64,000 bases of DNA from Longimicrobiales bacterium (GTDB lineage Bacteria; Gemmatimonadota; Gemmatimonadetes; Longimicrobiales; Gaopeijiaceae): assembly GCA_965197725.1 (NCBI GenBank), contig CBDANQ010000049.1, positions 1-64,000 of the forward strand, given 5' to 3'. Position 1 is the stretch's first letter. Each line of letters begins with the position of its first letter. A program made the position numbers and the translations under genes. The notes under the pieces are model-generated. The model saw only the letters and a program-made list of their open reading frames with translations. It made no database searches and was not told where the DNA came from. Of the stretch, positions 32,101 to 42,600 are shown one piece after another.

Positions 32101-32849
32101 GTGTCGCGTCCCGGTCCCGGGTGCACGCCGTGAGCGACCGCGTTGTAGAACGCCTCGGGCGTCTGGCCGGAGAGTGTACGCCCGCTCTGGTCGGTGATCG
32201 TGCCGGACATCATGACCGGCGTGTCGACGGCCGACTCGGCGAGCACGAGCGAGAGGGCGTACAGCGCCGCCTTGGCGTTCAGCGTGTCAAAGGCGGTCTC
32301 GACCATGAGGATGTCGACGCCGCCCTCGAGCAGGCCACGCCCCTGCTCCTGGTACGCCTGCATGAGCTCGTCGAAGGTGACGTTGCGCGCGCCGGGGTCA
32401 CCGACGTCGGGCGAGAGGGACGCCGTGCGGTTCGTGGGGCCGAGCGCGCCGACAACCCAGCGGGTGCGAGACGGGTCGCGCGCCTCGGCCTCGTCAGCGG
32501 CCTCGCGGGCGAGCTGGGCGGCGGCGCGGTTGAGCTCACGCGCGCGCTCTTCGAGTCCGTAGTCCGCGAGCGAGATCCTGTTCGCGCTGAAGGTGTTGGT
32601 CTCGATCAGGTCGGCGCCCGCCTGCAGGTACTCGGCGTGGATGCCGCGAATCAAGGCGGGCTGCGTGAGGCACAGAAGGTCATTGGCTCCGAAGAGGGCA
32701 GTGTCGGTATCCGCGAAGCGCTGACCCCGAAAATCCTCCTCGCTGAGCTCGTGGCGCTGAATCATCGTGCCCATCGCGCCGTCGAGGACGAGGATCCTGC
32801 GCTGCAACTCTTCCCGCATCAAACGGACCCGGCCTGCGGATGACGCCAT
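29124..32849 (-). CDS. metH: Cobalamin-dependent methionine synthase
   Basis: [31 protein letters not shown]12 motif, [12 protein letters not shown] activation domain. Confidence 0.98.
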   Translation of the reverse strand: MASSAGRVRLMREELQRRILVLDGAMGTMIQRHELSEEDFRGQRFADTDTALFGANDLLCLTQPALIRGIHAEYLQAGADLIETNTFSANRISLADYGLEERARELNRAAAQLAREAADEAEARDPSRTRWVVGALGPTNRTASLSPDVGDPGARNVTFDELMQAYQEQGRGLLEGGVDILMVETAFDTLNAKAALYALSLVLAESAVDTPVMMSGTITDQSGRTLSGQTPEAFYNAVAHGVHPGPGRDTGLLSVGLNCALGIDQLRPHLEELSDVARLPISCYPNAGLPNEFGEYDDTPDHMASVTSDFVDAGFLNIVGGCCGTTPDHIRAIAETVAGRAPRQVPEPPQRTRLSGLEPLTIGPDSLFVNVGERTNVSGSRRFASLIKEGDHGAAVEVARQQVQGGAQIIDVNMDEGLLDGAAAMPRFLNLLASEPEIARVPVMVDSSDWDVIEAGLKTLQGKGVVNSISLKDGEDAFRERARAVRRYGAAAVVMAFDEEGQADTLERKVEICERAYRILVDEEGFLPEDVIFDANVFAVATGIEEHDQYAIRFIEAVRRIKQACPHALTSGGISNVSFSFRGSPEVREAMHASFLYHAIDAGLDMGIVNAGALPVYDEIPADLLEPVEDVLFARSQGATEVLTQLALERRGTTERRRQEDLTWRELDVHERLSHALVQGIDQFVEEDAEEARQKLPRALDVIEGPLMDGMNVVGDLFGSGRMFLPQVVKSARVMKKAVACLLPFLEAEKTGTTAKGKVLLATVKGDVHDIGKNIVGVVLQCNGYAVVDLGVMVPAERILETARAEAVDVIGLSGLITPSLGQMVHVAQEMQRTGFHAPLLIGGATTSKAHTAVKIEHNYDGTTVHVLDASRAVGVVSALLDDERRDAFVAEMRAGHEAERERRAAHAARTELLPIAVARARSEALDWESYDPPAPSRPGVHVFDVEIAELREYIDWTPFFQAWELAGKYPAILDDGVVGEQARILLGDAESLLDRLVAERRVRACAVVGFFPANAIGDDLELYTDDARTERRAVLHHLRQQFAKEGRTNRCLADFVAPADSGKPDWIGGFAVTTGIEVEEMARELEDAGDDYTAILVKSLADRLAEALSELMHERVRRKLWGYAPEERLSYDALVGEAYRGVRPAPGYPACPDHTEKRTLFELLDVDATLGIGLTESFAMTPTASVSGWYLSHPDAVYFGVGRIGRDQVEDYAERKAWTVAEAEQWLSPNLGYDPEGSSR

Positions 32850-32861
32850 TGATCCCTCTAC

Positions 32862-32896
32862 AACAAAAGGCCCCTCGCGACAGTGCGCGACGGGGC
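32862..32896 (-). terminator. Intrinsic terminator in the metH leader (riboswitch expression platform)
   Basis: Minus strand GCCCCGTCGCG-loop-CGCGAGGGGC followed by CTTTTGTT. Confidence 0.65.
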
Positions 32897-32899
32897 GTC

Positions 32900-32972
32900 G
32901 GTCTTTTAGCTCGTTCGCGGGCTCGTCACACCGGGCGAGTCCCGCGGGCCGCAATACACCTCAAATCGCCCC
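32900..32972 (-). ncRNA. SAM-II-type riboswitch with an inserted hairpin (long-loop variant)
   Basis: Minus strand GGGGC-GATTTGA-GGT-GTATTGC-G-GCCC-[hairpin]-AACGAGCTAAAA-GACC; SAM-II hallmarks GAUUU, GUAUUGC, GCUAAAA; P1 GGGC/GCCC and pseudoknot GGU/ACC; upstream of metH. Confidence 0.72.
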
Positions 32973-33090
32973 AGATTTACTCACAAGAAGCTAGCGTCGG
33001 TCACGAGGAGCGCCAAGTTGACATGGCGCGCGACCCGCTCGCGTTCCATCGTTCGCGAACAAAGCCACCCAACACCACACGAAACGACGC

Positions 33091-33990
33091 ATGAAGCGCT
33101 GGCCGCCCCGACCCAGTCTCGGCACTTCGTTCTACAAGGCACACGGTTTAGGGAACGACTACCTGGTCTTCCGGGAGGGTTCGGCTTGGTCGGCGACTCC
33201 CGAGGCGGTCGAGGCGGTGTGCGATCGGCACCGGGGTGTCGGTTCAGACGGGGTCGTGGCGCTTCTCGCGGCCCACGATCTCGACGGAATACGGCTGCGC
33301 ATGTTCAACCCCGACGGCAGCGAGTTCGAGCGCAGCGGGAATGGCCTGCGGGTCCTCGCGTCCTACCTCGCGCGGGAGGGCCTCGTGGGCGAGGCGTCCT
33401 TCGCGGTGGAGGTCGGTGGGGCTCAGATCGAGATGACCGTCCACGGCGTTCGGGGAGCCACATACGATGTCTCGGTCGACATGGGGCGGTGTCGCGTCGG
33501 GCCCGAAGCCGTCGGTCTGGAAGCGAGCGCACTCGACGAGCGGGGGGGGCTCACCGGCCCGAATGGCGTGCCGCTTCACGTCGTCCCGGTCTCGGTGGGC
33601 AATCCACACCTGGTCACGCTCGTGCCCGACCCCACCGAAGAGCTACTCGAGAGTCTCGGCCCCTTCCTGGTATCCCACCCCGCTCTGAGCGATGGAGCGA
33701 ACGTACAACTCGCGACACCGCTCGGTCCCGGCCGCGTGCGCGCGCTCATCTGGGAGCGGGGCGTGGGGCGCACCAGTGCTTCGGGCACTAGCGCGTGCGC
33801 GGTTGCGGTCGCGGCGGTGGCTGAAGGGCTCGTGGAAGCGGGCGACGTCACGGTGGAGATGTCCGGTGGCTCGCTGGTCGTATCGGTGAACTCCGGGTAC
33901 GACACCGTTCTGCGCGGGCCGGTCGAAGAAGTGCTGAGCGGCGCACTGGCGACAGCGTGGGTCTCGAGGTTTGGGACGCCTACAAGCTAG
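33091..33990 (+). CDS. dapF: Diaminopimelate epimerase-like protein with Ser/Ser in place of the catalytic Cys pair
   Basis: KAHGLGNDY, DRHRGVGSDG, NPDGSEFERSGNG, VGNPH, NVQ, ERGVGRTSASGT. Confidence 0.85.
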   Translation: MKRWPPRPSLGTSFYKAHGLGNDYLVFREGSAWSATPEAVEAVCDRHRGVGSDGVVALLAAHDLDGIRLRMFNPDGSEFERSGNGLRVLASYLAREGLVGEASFAVEVGGAQIEMTVHGVRGATYDVSVDMGRCRVGPEAVGLEASALDERGGLTGPNGVPLHVVPVSVGNPHLVTLVPDPTEELLESLGPFLVSHPALSDGANVQLATPLGPGRVRALIWERGVGRTSASGTSACAVAVAAVAEGLVEAGDVTVEMSGGSLVVSVNSGYDTVLRGPVEEVLSGALATAWVSRFGTPTS

Positions 33991-34025
33991 TAAGCTGCGA
34001 ACATTGACCAAGGGGACACCCTCGG

Positions 34026-35096
34026 TCAAGTGCGTACTCGCGTCAGGAGTACCAGGGCCGCCCCAAAGAAGACGAAGTTGGGGAGCCACGCCGCCATGAG
34101 CGGCGAGACGGCTCCCGCCTCACCGACCGCCCCGGAAATCTTGAGCATCAGGACGTAGACGATCACGGTCCCGAGCGAAATGCCTATCCCGTAGGCTGTT
34201 CCACCTCGCTGGTTGCTCGTCGCCAGCGGCGCACCGAACAAGAGTACGACGAGCGTCGCGACGGCGAGCGACAGTTTCTGCTCACGTTTTACCAGCAGTT
34301 CTGTCGCATTGCCCCCCGTGCGCTCGAGGATGCCCGCGAGGCGATCGATTTCAGCGTAGGTCATCTCGTCCGGCTCACGCGGAGCCTCCAACAGCTCGTC
34401 CGGTCTCTCGACCATGTCCCGCATGATGAGGCGACTGAACTGGATGGACTGCTCCGCCGAATCGGCCGTGAGCGTGCGCAGATAGCCTCGCCGCAACCCC
34501 CATCCCTGTATTGAATCCCAGGTCGCATAGTCCGCGAGTATGTGTAGTCCGGTCGAACCGTCCCTGGGTGGACGCTCGATCACTATGCCGGTCATGCGCC
34601 CGTCGCCGACAGTGAGTCGACGGATCTGCCACGTCAGACCGCTCTCGGAGCGGTAGACGAAGTCGGAGCGCCAAGAGCGCCGCGGATCCTCGTTTCGTAG
34701 GATCGCCGCGGCGATGCGGTTGCCGCGCGGCTCGAGCTCGGTGAGCGCGAGCGCCACACCGGTGAGCAGCACGCCCATCACCACGATAGGCACGATGAGC
34801 CGATGAAACGAAATGCCCCCGGCTTTGGCCGCGACGAGCTCACGGTGGACCGTCATCCCGTGGACCGTGAAGACCGCCGCGATCAGCGCAGCGAACGGGA
34901 ACGACCATTTGATGAACATCGGCATCATGAACACGTACGCCTCCGCGACCTCGGCGATGCTCAGGCCGCGATCGATGAAGTCGTCCATGTTCTCGGTGAT
35001 GTGGCCGATGACGAGGAGCGGGGGGCCGGCGATCACGAAGACCAGGAAGTGGCGAAGGAAGGTCCCGGCAACGAGCCGGTCGAGAAGCCGGTTCAC
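34026..35096 (-). CDS. lptG: LptF/LptG-family LPS export permease (LptG-like)
   Basis: ELVAAKAGGISFHRL, AAWLPN; GTG overlaps the upstream permease stop. Confidence 0.85.
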   Translation of the reverse strand: MNRLLDRLVAGTFLRHFLVFVIAGPPLLVIGHITENMDDFIDRGLSIAEVAEAYVFMMPMFIKWSFPFAALIAAVFTVHGMTVHRELVAAKAGGISFHRLIVPIVVMGVLLTGVALALTELEPRGNRIAAAILRNEDPRRSWRSDFVYRSESGLTWQIRRLTVGDGRMTGIVIERPPRDGSTGLHILADYATWDSIQGWGLRRGYLRTLTADSAEQSIQFSRLIMRDMVERPDELLEAPREPDEMTYAEIDRLAGILERTGGNATELLVKREQKLSLAVATLVVLLFGAPLATSNQRGGTAYGIGISLGTVIVYVLMLKISGAVGEAGAVSPLMAAWLPNFVFFGAALVLLTRVRT

Positions 35097-36550
35097 GGGG
35101 CCACCCCTTCTCTCCGGCCTCCCAGGAGGCGTGCAAGGCCGTCGCCCGCGTTGCTCAAGAGGTCGTCGAGCATGCCGCCGCGCACGGTAGAGCCCGCGCG
35201 TGCCATGCGGCTGACCAATACGATGCCGACGATGAAGAAGACCACGTTCGCCATCCACATCGTGACCGCGGGGCTCGCGATGCGGCGGTCCGCGAGGATC
35301 TCACCGCCGATGAGTCCGGTCCAGTAGATGCTGAAGATCACACTCGATGCCAGCACGACCATGCCGACTCCACCCCGCGGAAAGCGCACCGCGAGGGGCG
35401 GGCCAATCAACGTGAAGACGCTGCACGCGAAGGCGATCGCGAGCTTCTTGTGGATCTCGACCTGGTAGCGGTAAGCAGTCCGTCTGAGCGATTCTGCCCG
35501 GGCTGCGCGCGTGCGGCTGGAGATCACGGCGGCTTGGGTGACCCCGTCCCAGGAAAGCAGGGTTTCGCCGTCCCCGGTGACGGTCACCGGTCCGCCCGCG
35601 CTGGGGGGGCGCACGTCCGCGGCCGCGGCCGAGTCGTCGCTTGTGGGCCGCCCCAGCGCGAGCCTCACGGCCTGCAAGGTCCTGGCCCGACTCTCGATCC
35701 GCACGGAGTCGAGCTGGATCTCTCTCGCCCTGGCGTTCTCGGCGAGCAGAGCGAAGCCCATCTCGCGGTCCGAGCGGTCGGTACCACCTAAGCGCCGCAC
35801 CAATTCGTTCGCGATACCGCGCAGCGGGACGATCTGCTGCTCGAAGTACAGGCGCTGGAAGCCCCCTACGCGGTCGGTCTGCACCTCGTGCACGACGCCG
35901 TCGTAGAGCGTCAGGTAGAGATCCGTCTTCTCCACGTTGAACACCATCTCGCCGCGCGCGGCGTACGTCGTGCGCCGACGGATCGGATTGTTCCCATCGA
36001 AAATCGTGACTTCTTCCAGGGTACTCTCAACGGGGTCGATACGCGTAGCGGTCAAAAAGTACCTGTCGAGCCCCGACTCGGTGGGGATCTCGTTTACGAT
36101 CTGCTCCCGCAGGTCGAGCGTAGGGCTCTTGCGAGCGATGTCCACCATGAGGTTCTTTAACCGATGGTTGGATTCCGGGAGCACGACGTCGTTGAAGTAC
36201 AACATGACGCCGGTCATGAGGGCGCCCATCCCCACGAGAGGCACGAGGAGGCGCGCGGGCCGAATGCCTCCCGCGGACATTGCGGTGATCTCGTTTGACG
36301 ACGTCATCTCGCTGAATGCGTACAGCACCGCCACGAGCACCGACATCGGGAGGGACAACGCGATCGTATGAGGTAAGGAGAGAGCCAGAAACTCAACAAC
36401 CACCGTCCACGAGAGCCCTTTGCCCAGGAGCCCCTCGATTCGCTGTGCGACCGCGTTGAGGAAGATGAGCGCGGTCAGCGTCGAGAGGGCGAACAGGAAA
36501 GGGCCGACGTGGACCCTGATCAGATATCTGGTAAGGACTCCCATGCCCAT
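35093..36550 (-). CDS. lptF: LptF/LptG-family LPS export permease (LptF-like)
   Basis: LTRYL, SLPMSVLVA, NEITAMSAGGI, VEIHKK. Confidence 0.85.
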   Translation of the reverse strand: MGMGVLTRYLIRVHVGPFLFALSTLTALIFLNAVAQRIEGLLGKGLSWTVVVEFLALSLPHTIALSLPMSVLVAVLYAFSEMTSSNEITAMSAGGIRPARLLVPLVGMGALMTGVMLYFNDVVLPESNHRLKNLMVDIARKSPTLDLREQIVNEIPTESGLDRYFLTATRIDPVESTLEEVTIFDGNNPIRRRTTYAARGEMVFNVEKTDLYLTLYDGVVHEVQTDRVGGFQRLYFEQQIVPLRGIANELVRRLGGTDRSDREMGFALLAENARAREIQLDSVRIESRARTLQAVRLALGRPTSDDSAAAADVRPPSAGGPVTVTGDGETLLSWDGVTQAAVISSRTRAARAESLRRTAYRYQVEIHKKLAIAFACSVFTLIGPPLAVRFPRGGVGMVVLASSVIFSIYWTGLIGGEILADRRIASPAVTMWMANVVFFIVGIVLVSRMARAGSTVRGGMLDDLLSNAGDGLARLLGGRREGVAP

Positions 36551-36637
36551 CGTAGCGTCCGAGAAATCGTGGCTGATCGCGTGTCGGCCACTCCCTACCC
36601 CTCGTCCGGCCCGTCTGTTCGGCCGCTGAGGGATCTC

Positions 36638-39600
36638 GTGCGCGTTTCTCCGCTCTTGCTCGGGCTGGCGCTGCTCACGCCGGTGCTTCCAGCCAGCGGC
36701 GGGACACGTGCGCACGCGGCCGTTCCGAGCCTCGAGATCGCGCTCGACACGATTCTGCGGAGCGACCTATCAGTCCCCGCGACGACCGTCCGTTCAGGCT
36801 TGGTCGCCGCCGCGGATGAGCCCCATGTGCGGCTCGGGTTGAAGCTAATCCCCGTCTACGAGGGCCGTCTGGGGCTTCGCGTCGCCCACAAAGCGCCCGG
36901 TCTGGTCCTTACGCGGCTCCCCTCCGCCGTCGCCGCCCCTTTGCTCGACCCGATCCAACTGTGGAGGGTGCTCGCCTTGGGGCAGAACGCGGCCGATTCT
37001 ACGTTCTTCCTGCCCGCCCCCCCAGAACCACCTCGTCGTGTGGCCGAAGCTCCAGCGGGGCAGGAGGCCCTGCCGAGGTTTCAGAGTGAATACGCCGACC
37101 TGGCTCTGAACGTCACGAGCCGAATGGAGCTCGGTGGGGAGTGGGCGCGTTTCCAGCCGTGTGACGAACAGTTCAAGGTCAGCTGCAATCCGAACCTCAT
37201 ACCCCAACTGAGCCCCGATCTGCGGTTCGGCGTGCAGGTCGATGGCGCCATCGCGGACCGCATCCGCGTGGACGTGGACTTCGACCAATCGCGCGAGTTC
37301 GACGCTTCGAACCGCATCAACATCTTCTACGAGGGTCGGGAGGACGACATCCTGCAGCGTCTCGAGGTGGGCGACGTCGAGTTCCGGTTGCCCACCAACT
37401 CCCGCTTTCTGACCGAGGGCATCCCCGCCGGGAACTTTGGATTCCAGGCGGAGGGACAGCTCGGCCCGCTCGAGTTCCAGTCGGTGTGGGCGCAGCAGAG
37501 GGGCGACCTGAATACGCGCCAGTTCAGGCTAACGGGGCTCGGCGACCAGCGCGGCTTCGTTCAGCAAGACACGCTGGTGCTCGACGATGCGGACTACGTA
37601 CGTGGTCAGTTCTTCTTCTTGGTCGACCCGCGAGAGATCGACGAGTATCCGCACGTTGACGCCTTGGCCTTGGATCCTGCGTCCGCTCCGCCATCCGTGG
37701 TGCCAGGATTCGACCCGATTCAGCTGTACCGCTTCGAAGACGATCCGGTCTTCCAGCAGCAGGTCGAGGGATTCATCCAAGCGGATGCGATTGCCGAAGG
37801 TGAGGCCGGTACCGTGATCGAGTCGGGGTGGTTCCGGTACCTCCAGCCCGGACTCGATTACTCCGTGCACCCGAGCGGACTCTGGGTGGCGTTGCGTTCG
37901 CCGCTGAGAAGGGATGAAATGCTCGCGGTCACGTACGTGACCGCGATCGGCGATACCGTGGGAGACTACAACCCGGAGAGACTCCACAACGTCGGAGCGC
38001 GCCCCACGCTCAAGCTGCTCAAGGCATCCGGGGCGAACCATCAGCCTGGGCGCGCCACCTGGGATCAGGAGATGCACCAGGTCTATCGCGTTTCGGGGTC
38101 TCCTGATGTGGAGCATGCGTCGGTGGAGCTCACGATCTCACTCGGCGAGCTGTCTGCTGGCCGGACGTTCAAACGGGGTCCGTCGGGCGAGGACGTAACA
38201 TTCCTCAGACTCTTCGGCCTCGACGACGAGGCTCCCGTCGATGCGCTCGACCCCTCGTTCGTGTACTCGCCGGGTGCGGAGTTTTTCCAGGAGCAGCCAC
38301 CGGTACAGGGGACCTTCGTCGTGTTCCCGACGCTGCGTCCCTTCGCGGAGCCGCCGCCGCTTCCGGCGTCGGGGCTAACGGACATCGAAACGAGCCGGAT
38401 TCTCGCTGAGGACGCGAATGCGCGAATCTACGAAGAGGAGGATCCGTTCGAGCGTGACAACGCAGGCCGGTTCCGGCTTACGCTGGCGTACCGATTGCGC
38501 AGCGAAGGCGTCATCTCCTCCTTCTCGCTCGGGGCGTTCGGGATCCGAGACGGGAGTGAACGCATCTTCCTCGGAGACCGCGTGTTGACGAACGGGGTCG
38601 ACTACGAGATCGACTACGACGTCGGCCAGGTCCGGCTGCTCGAGCCGGAGCAGCTCTTCGCCTCGACCCCCGACGCACCGGTTCGTGCGACCTGGGAGCA
38701 GCGCGCGTTGTTCCAGGTCTCGCCCACCCAGGTGTTCGGCCTTAGCTCCCATGCCGACCTGGGTGTGGGAGGAGGCGTCGACGTGCTAGGGCTGTACCGC
38801 TCGGAACGCTCCGTCGTGACCCGGCCGATTCTCGGGACCGAGCCCGGGGCGGCGTTGCTCGGTGGAGTGAGCGGGTCCTACCAGACTCGGGTGGCGTGGA
38901 TCGACCGTGTGCTCGACAGGCTTCCCGGGCTGCGGCTCGACAGAGCAACCTCGGTTTCCGTGAACGGCGAGTTCGCCGTGTCGTTACCGAACCCCAACAC
39001 GGCGGGTCAGGCGTTCCTCGACGACTTCGACGCGCGGGCCCAGCTCCCGGTGTCGCTGCTCTCTTCGAACTGGGCGCACGCGAGCGCGCCGACCATGCGG
39101 GACGGCGCGCGGTCGATTCTGCCGGCCTCGCTCGATGCCTCGACCGCGGTCCCCCTCGTCTGGCAGCACTCCTGGGTGGAAGAGTCGGTGGTCGGCGACA
39201 GCGTCGGCGTCCACGAGGGCTTCTTCCCCAGACTCGACATCGACCGACAGATCCGAGTCGCCGGTGCCGAGGTCCGAGAGCCGGGAATGATCCTTTCGTT
39301 TGGGCGCGGTCCGGTGCGAGAGCTCTCATGGCGATCCATCACGACCTCGCTTTCCACAAACGGGCTAGACCTGACCAAGACGGAGTTCATCGAGTTCTAT
39401 ACCGCGGGCGCGGAGGCGCTCACGCTCGTCATTGACCTGGGCACGGTCAGCGAGGACGCGTTCTTTGTCGACCTCCTCGGCAATCCCTCTGGCACGCGTG
39501 CGACGACCGGGCGGCGATGGGGACTCGGACTGCTCGATCAAGAGGCCGACCCCCGGCTCGGTGAGCTCTGGAACGACGAGGCCGACTCGCGCGGCGTCTG

Positions 39601-42600
39601 GGGTGAGACGTGCGAAAGCGAGCGCGGCCGCATCTATCGGATCGCTGATCCGCGCGCGACGTGCACGCGAGGAAATGGGCGCCAGGATACCGAAGATCTG
39701 GATCGGGACGGCAACCTGGACATCCGCGAGCGCCACCTCCGCTACGTCGTGCGCCTCGACGGTACCTCGCCCTTCCTGGCCCGCACCAAGGCGGAGACCG
39801 GCACCGACTTCCAACTGTACCGCATCCCGGTCCGGGGCACCGACGCGATCGAGGTCGGCGGAGCGTTCAGTGACGCGGATCTGCGCGCCGTGCGGCACAT
39901 GCGCTTGACCCTGACCGGGGCGGAGAACCACCGCCTGCAACTTGCGCGCATGCGGCTGGTCGGCTCTCGTTGGATCAAGCGTGCCGGAGAGGGTGTCCTG
40001 AGCGGTATCATCGGAGACACCCTCGCGGGCTTCGGCCGAGTGGAGGTCGCCTCTGTTTCACGAGTGACCGAAGGCGACGAGTACGCTTCACCGCCGGGAG
40101 TGCTGGAAGAGCTCGTAAACCCGACCGCGGCGTTCTCAGGGGAAGGCATCGAGTTCAACGAGAAATCGCTCGGCCTCCTTTTCGAGGACGTGCCCGAGCA
40201 CGCTCGCGCCGAGGTCTATCACCGGTTCCCGCAGCGACCTCAGAACTTCCTGGCGTACCGGCAGGCTCGGGTTTGGGTGGTCCCTCGCGAGGGCGATTTC
40301 GGACCCGACCGACCTCACTATTTCTTCTTCAAGGTGGGGAGTGACGCGGAGAACTTCTATCTCTTCCGGACTCCGCTTCAGCCTCCGTCGAGCCCCGGCG
40401 GCGTCGCTCCGGGGGACTGGCTGCCACAGATCGTCATCGACTTCGAAGAGTGGTTCGATTTACGCCGACGTGCCGAAGCGCTCCTGCTCACGGCGCGGGG
40501 ACCGGGCGATCCACCGGTGACGGTCTGGGCCTCGGATTCGACGTACGCGGTGGTACTCAAGGACCGCGGGCGCGCGCCCAACCTGGCGGCGGTCCGGGAG
40601 ATGTCGATCGGGGTCTGGAACGAAGGCATGCTGCCCATGACCGGTGAGATCTGGATCGACGAGCTTCGCCTCGGTCGCTCGGTCCGGGACGCGGGTGTGG
40701 CGACCTCCCTGGATTTCGAGATGGACGGTGCCGGTGTGCTCACCACTCGCGCGAGCCTCACGAGTCGAGGCGCGTTCTTCCGCCAGCTCCGCGACGACCC
40801 GACCTACCAGGACGACCGCACTGTCAACGTGAACTCGAGGCTCGCGCTCGACAGCTGGATGCCGGCCGAATGGGGTATCGACCTACCCCTCACTCTGGAC
40901 TATGACCGCACGACCCAGGCACCCAGCTTCCTCGCGAACTCGGACCTTCGGGCCGACCGCTTGGAAGGGCTCCGCGCCACCGACTCGCGACAGACCCGCG
41001 TCGGTCTCTCATTCCGGAAGCGGATCCGGTCCGCGAATCCGTGGGTCGGACTCCTCGTGGACGGACTCGATGCTCGACTCGGCTACTCGTCGATCGCGGG
41101 ATCTTCCGTGACGACCCAGCGCGACGCTGACGCCGTCGACGCCGGCTTGTCCTGGGCCCGAGACCCGGCTGTGCGCGACTTCGGGATCGTGCCGAGATTC
41201 GCGACTGGCGTAGTGCGCACGCTGCTCCCCGGCTTCCTGGAAGATAAGGTGTTGGGTTCGCGTTTCCGGTGGAATCCCGAACGCGTCTCCGTAGGGACGA
41301 GCTACTCGAAGATCGACAGCCGCATCCAGCGTTTCGAGCGCATCATCGAGCACGAGGACGACTCTCTGGCACTCGTGACCCGGGCCCCCCGCGAGGGGTT
41401 TCAGACCGCTGCTGATGTTCGATTCAGACCGTTACCGCCCCTTTCGGCGAGCTTCACGATGGCGACCGTGAGGGACGTCCTGCCGCCGCAAGAGGCCGTC
41501 ACCGACAACCGGGTGCGCGCTCTCGTCCGGGATGAGCGGACGCGCGCCGCCGGCCTCGACCTCGGGTGGGAGACCAATCGCTCTCTACAGACCCGAGTGT
41601 CCTTCGGGCCGAGTGTCTTCTCGTGGCTGAGGAGCGATTTCGATTGGAACACGGTGTACCGGGCCGACCGTAACGCGAATCTCCTCGACCGTCAGGTTCT
41701 CGATGGCGATACGACGCTTGCCCTCGCTCGCAACGCGAGCGGTCGGCGCGACTGGCGAGCGGACTTCTCCCTCGACCCCACTCGGATGGTCGAGTCGTGG
41801 CTCGGTCCCGGCCACGAGGACGATCCCGCGAGTATCACCGAGTTACGGTCTGTGATCGGCGCTCTGCGTCCCTTCACAGTGACGTACCAGGACGGAATCG
41901 TTTCGCGATTCAATCGCGACCCGGTCGACCCAGGTCTCGGCTATCAGTTCGGCTTTGGAGGCCCCGAGGGCTTTCGACTCATCGAGGGCGATACCGCGGC
42001 GACCTTGACGGACCGGTCTGCCTGGACGCTCGGCTCGGGCGTGGTGCTCCCCGGCGGCCTCGGTATCGACGCTGGCTTCCAACAGACCGAGGCTACGACT
42101 CTGGACACGCGCAGCGACCGCCGCACGGTGCTCAAGCGGTGGCCGGACGTGAGGACTCGGCTACCCGCGTTGACCCTGCCCGCCGCGACCAAGATCCGGT
42201 CCGTCAACCTCTCTTCGGGCATTACGCGCATCGAGCGTGAAACCGAATTCGGCGGCCAGGGCGTGCAGCGCCGCTTCGCCGAGGACGTGCGGATCCCGCT
42301 CACCGTCTCGGTCGCCTGGCGGGGGACCCTCGTGACGAGCTACCGCGGAGCGTTTCGCGCGGGGCGGGGCGTCGATCCGACCGGGGACACGGAGCGGGAC
42401 CGAAGTGAGCACCACATTACGGTGTCCTCGCTGTTCGTGCCGCCTGGCGGGCTCGCTCGCCGCCTCGATCGTGCGGTCAGACTCTCCCTGATGGCTGGAT
42501 ACACGTCGGAGCGCGAGTGCCGCACGACCACCGCCCGCCAGGAATGTGTCGCTTTCCTCGACCAAATCCTCCGGAGCATCAACCTGTCGCTCGACACCAG

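Noticed and set aside
32999..33035. GAGGAGCGC resembling the start of an SAH riboswitch
   Set aside because: Lacks the following TGC and AGGCTC elements and faces dapF rather than metH; the TTGACA here is more likely a -35 box.
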